Source of the DNA: an uncultured Actinomycetes bacterium | Lineage (GTDB): Bacteria; Actinomycetota; Actinomycetes; S36-B12; UBA5976 | Direction of reading: 5' to 3' | NCBI GenBank assembly: GCA_903892635.1 | Contig: CAITJH010000017.1 | Span: forward strand, 50,909 to 114,908 | DNA: 64,000 bases | Shown here: positions 59,707 through 64,000 of the stretch, in pieces | Layout of the letters: each line of letters opens with the position of its first letter | Position numbering within the stretch: position 1 is the first letter of the stretch | The notes under the pieces: generated by a model | The model's input: only the letters and a program-made list of their open reading frames with translations | Told to the model about the DNA's origin: nothing | Database searches by the model: none | Made by a program: the position numbers and the translations under genes

Positions 59707-59717
59707 TACGTTAACAA

Positions 59718-60053
59718 CTATTTTCCGCGAAGCTTGGCTAACGCTTCATCAAGAATATCTTTGCCTTCTTTGTCGGTACGACGTTCTTTGACATACGCCA
59801 AGTGAGTTTTGTACGGCTCGGTCTTTGCTTGAACTGGAGGATTCTCTTTGTCGCGACCTGCAGGAAGCCCGCACTTAGGGCAATCCCAATCCTCAGGAAT
59901 TTCTGCATCGTGAGCAAAACTTGGCATGGTCTCGTGACCTTCTGCACAGTAATAGCCAACATAAATTCGTGGAGCTGCGTCGCCGCGCTCTGCTTCGCCC
60001 ATTGGACCTGCGCCGACTCGACTTCCGCGAATTGCGCTACCGCTACCTGCCAT
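59718..60053 (-). CDS. rbpA: RNA polymerase-binding protein RbpA
   Basis: 111 aa. Matches the RbpA core (YYCAEGHE...DWDCPKCGLPAG) and the C-terminal sigma-interaction helix (THLAYVKERR...ILDEALAKLR). Confidence 0.85.
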   Translation of the reverse strand: MAGSGSAIRGSRVGAGPMGEAERGDAAPRIYVGYYCAEGHETMPSFAHDAEIPEDWDCPKCGLPAGRDKENPPVQAKTEPYKTHLAYVKERRTDKEGKDILDEALAKLRGK

Positions 60054-60070
60054 GTGTATCTTCCTTACGA

Positions 60071-60304
60071 CTAAGCGTTCTTAAGCACTAGACCAAGAGC
60101 AACAATTGCTGTGATCCAAATTAGTGCGAGCGCGATTGTGATGCGATCAAGGTTGCGTTCAGCAACCGAGGAACCGCCGAGTGAACTGCTGACGCCACCA
60201 CCAAAGAGGTCCGACAGGCCACCACCCTTGCCCTTGTGGAGCAATACCAAAAGGATGAGCAACAGACTCGTGATTGCAAGCACAACCTCAAGCAGGATTG
60301 TCAT
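60071..60304 (-). CDS. secG: Preprotein translocase subunit SecG
   Basis: 77 aa. Two TM helices flank a glycine-rich loop (HKGKGGGLSDLFGGG). Downstream of tpiA. Confidence 0.8.
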   Translation of the reverse strand: MTILLEVVLAITSLLLILLVLLHKGKGGGLSDLFGGGVSSSLGGSSVAERNLDRITIALALIWITAIVALGLVLKNA

Positions 60305-60360
60305 GTGTTCTCTCGTTTCTAGCGGGGTTTCTCAAGGATACCTGACGTTACTGACTGGCT

Positions 60361-61134
60361 CTAACCGTGCAATCGGAAGCGACAAATAGCCACAAATTCA
60401 TCGGGATCTAGGGATGCGCCACCAACTAAACCGCCGTCAACATCCTTTTGCGCCATAATTTCGGCCACATTGTCCGATTTCATGGATCCCCCATAAAGCA
60501 CGCGTACTTTGTCAGCCGCCGTTCCGTGAACCTGGCGGATTCGATCACGAATTGCCGAACATACTTCTTGGGCATTCTCAGGAGTTGCCACTTCGCCAGT
60601 GCCAATTGCCCAGACCGGTTCATACGCAACAACCAAACTTGCAACTTGATCGGCTGACAAATCGGCAAGTGCGCCGTCTACTTGAGAAACGGTGTGCGCA
60701 ACATGGTCTCCTGCTTGTCGGACGTCAAGCCCTTCACCAACACAAACAATTGGGGTGAGTTCGTGACGGAACGCAGCTTTGACTTTGGAGTTAACAATCT
60801 CGTCAGTTTCACCATGATATTGACGGCGCTCTGAATGACCAACAACGACAAACGTGCATCCAAGTTTTGCCAACATTGCACCACTGATGTCACCGGTGTA
60901 GGCACCCTTGTCTGCGGGCGAAAGATCTTGAGCTCCGTATCGAAGGTCAATCTTGTCACCATCAACAAGCGTCTGGACGGATCGAATATCGGTAAACGGT
61001 GGAAGAACGGCAACTTCCACATTTGCGAAGTCTTCAGCATTGAGCGTGTACGCCAACTTTTGCACCAAAGCAATAGCTTCGATGTGGTTGATGTTCATCT
61101 TCCAGTTGCCGGCCATCAATGGCATGCGACTCAT
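60361..61134 (-). CDS. tpiA: Triose-phosphate isomerase
   Basis: 257 aa. Motifs AGNWKMN, VGHSERR and [11 protein letters not shown]. Confidence 0.9.
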   Translation of the reverse strand: MSRMPLMAGNWKMNINHIEAIALVQKLAYTLNAEDFANVEVAVLPPFTDIRSVQTLVDGDKIDLRYGAQDLSPADKGAYTGDISGAMLAKLGCTFVVVGHSERRQYHGETDEIVNSKVKAAFRHELTPIVCVGEGLDVRQAGDHVAHTVSQVDGALADLSADQVASLVVAYEPVWAIGTGEVATPENAQEVCSAIRDRIRQVHGTAADKVRVLYGGSMKSDNVAEIMAQKDVDGGLVGGASLDPDEFVAICRFRLHG

Positions 61135-62330
61135 TTAGTTGTCCTCCAGAACTGCCAAACCAGGCAAAGTCTTTCCTTCTAAGTATTCAAGGCTTGCGCC
61201 ACCACCGGTCGAGATGTGAGTAAAGCCATCCTCATCAATTCCCAAAACACGAACCGCGGCAGCAGAATCGCCGCCGCCAATAACTGTTGTGGCATTGATC
61301 TTTGTCATCGCAACCGCAACTGCACGTGTTCCTTCAGCGAATGCTGCCATTTCAAATACGCCCATCGGCCCATTCCACACAACAGTCTTTGCATCAGCCA
61401 GTTTCGATGCAAAAAGCTCGCACGTTTTAGGACCAATATCAAGGCCCATCCAGCCATCAGGAATAGCGTCAGCATCGACTACTTGGGTGTTTGCATCCGC
61501 TGCAAATGCATCAGCAACAACGACATCAACCGGAACCACGATCTCCACGCCATTGCTTGCCGCGCGGGCAACAAGATCCTTCACTGTGTCGATCATTTCT
61601 TGCTCGAGTAAAGAATTACCGACTGAGTACCCTTGAGCAGCAAGGAACGTGTAAGCCATTCCCCCACCAACAAGCAGTCGATCGACTGACTTGAGCAAGT
61701 TCTCGACAACGCCAAGCTTGTCGCTGACTTTCGAGCCACCAAGAATCACCACGTATGGGCGATCTGGATCAGCGAGAAGTTTGGCAAACACCTTGGCTTC
61801 TTTTTCGACAAGAATTCCCGCAGCATGTGGCAATGCTTCAGCTAAGTCAGTTACTGATGCTTGCTTGCGGTGAACAACTCCAAAGCCATCGCTGACATAC
61901 AAGTCGCCGAGTTTGGCCCATTCTGCTGCAAGTTGCGCCCGCTGCGCAGAATCCTTGCTTGTTTCACGAGCATCGAACCGAACGTTCTCAAGCATTGCTA
62001 CATCGCCATTACCCAACGACGCCGCAAGTTCTACAGCAGGCTGACCTGACGTCGTGGCGCACAACTCAACGTGCTTACCCAGCAATTCTCCGAGTCGCTT
62101 TGCCGCTGGAGCAAGCGAGTACTTCGCTTCGGGTGTGCCTTGAGGACGACCGAGATGCGCCAAGATGATGACTTTGGCGCCACGGTCGGCCAACGATTTT
62201 ATTGTCGGAACACTGGCAACAATGCGCCCGTCGTCAGTGATACTTCCCTGATCGTCAAGTGGAACGTTCAAATCTGAACGCACTAAGACAGTCTTTCCAG
62301 CAACGTCCAGCTGGTCGATCCCACGAATCA

Positions 62331-62331
<1 letters not shown>
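61135..62331 (-). CDS. pgk: Phosphoglycerate kinase
   Basis: 398 aa. Motifs [15 protein letters not shown] and STGGGASLE. Confidence 0.9.
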
Positions 62332-63383
<1,052 letters not shown>

Positions 63384-63410
63384 CTACCTGTCAGTCAAGT
63401 CTAGCGTTGG

Positions 63411-64000
63411 CTACCCTTCGAGCATCTCTGGGGTGAGCCCAGATTCGGTGTTCGGAATACCCAAATCGGCTGCCCGCTTGTCAGCCATAGCCAGCAAACG
63501 ACGGATGCGACCAGCGATGGCATCCTTGGTCATCGGCGGGTTTGCCAGAGCGCCTAATTCTTCCAAACTGGCCTGCTGGTGAGTAACCCGCAATTGACCT
63601 GCTTCGAGTAAGTGCTCGGGAATTTCATCTCCGAGGATTTCCATTGCCCGCGCGGCGCGTGCACCGGCAGCAACTGCAGCCCGTGCCGAACGACGCAAAT
63701 TGGCATCATCAAAATTCGCTAAGCGATTAGCCGTAGCTCGCACTTCGCGACGAAGTCGACGTTCTTCCCACGCCATGACGGATTCGTGGGCGCCAATGAG
63801 TGTCAGCATTGCGCTGATTGCATCGCCGTCTCGAATTACTACGCGATCAACTCCACGCACTTCGCGAGCCTTAGCCGAAATTCCAAGTCGGCGGGCGCTT
63901 CCAACGAGAGCAAGGGCAGCCTCGGGACCGGGGCAGGTCACCTCAAGGGAACTGCTTCGTCCTGGCTCAGTAAGAGAACCGTGCGCCAAAAAAGCCCCGC
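63411..64000 (-). CDS. whiA: DNA-binding protein WhiA, C-terminal part (gene continues beyond the right edge)
   Basis: The frame stays open to position 64000 (..[20 protein letters not shown]..). LAGLIDADG-derived middle domain and C-terminal HTH ([26 protein letters not shown]). Canonical position upstream of gap. Confidence 0.85.
   Translation of the reverse strand, partial: GAFLAHGSLTEPGRSSSLEVTCPGPEAALALVGSARRLGISAKAREVRGVDRVVIRDGDAISAMLTLIGAHESVMAWEERRLRREVRATANRLANFDDANLRRSARAAVAAGARAARAMEILGDEIPEHLLEAGQLRVTHQQASLEELGALANPPMTKDAIAGRIRRLLAMADKRAADLGIPNTESGLTPEMLEG

Overview
This is a 64-kb stretch of a compact, gene-dense actinobacterial chromosome. Lineage hallmarks are pup/dop/pafA/arc, pafBC, mshC, rbpA, whiA, opcA and InhA/MabA-type fabI/fabG. 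GC is moderate for the phylum: hand counts of single 60-nt lines gave about 37-55 %. A streamlined, freshwater-type actinobacterium is my guess only.

I call about 72 protein genes and one tRNA-Leu(GAG). I saw no rRNA, CRISPR array, transposase, integrase or phage genes.

Layout:
- 1-16.1 kb: an unbroken minus-strand gene train, lnt, pepE-like, 5'-3' exonuclease, helY, dagK, tatC, tatA, pafC, pafB, two FKBP genes, pafA, pup, dop, arc, trmI.
- 16.2-26.4 kb: PAC2, pgi, gnd, mshC, the SCO1664/DUF3090/phosphomutase-like trio, uppP, an aldo/keto reductase, DUF5703 and an M20 peptidase.
- 26.5-34.9 kb: a less conserved seam with tRNA-Leu, trhO, marC, htpX-lemA, a DinB-like gene, a secreted DUF1524 nuclease, ung, trmB, two Nudix-fold genes, an orphan ABC ATPase and a hypothetical.
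- 35-44 kb: fabI-fabG, tldD-pmbA, dodecin, DUF3099, SURF1, an ABC exporter and an ABC-F protein.
- 44-50.5 kb: sufR-sufB-sufD-Rieske-sufC-sufS-sufU-sufT.
- 50.5-58.6 kb: ctaA, ctaB and tkt-tal-zwf-opcA-pgl.
- 58.7-64 kb: a secreted EXORDIUM/PHI-1-like protein, rbpA, secG, tpiA, pgk, gap and a partial whiA.

This is mostly core genome, and I do not see a clear new multi-gene system such as a defence island. The points most worth a second look are:
- a pupylation locus with no proteasome core genes, and a Pup that ends in GGE;
- the conserved but uncharacterised kinase-like/DUF3090/phosphomutase-like trio next to mshC;
- a Rieske ferredoxin embedded in the suf operon;
- an AT-richer, plant-EXORDIUM-like secreted protein inserted between pgl and rbpA, with a palindrome over its translation start;
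- an AT-richer trhO gene next to the tRNA.

All functional calls come from motif and synteny recognition by eye. No database search was possible. Several ORF-track starts were re-assigned from ribosome-binding sites and stop/start overlaps.
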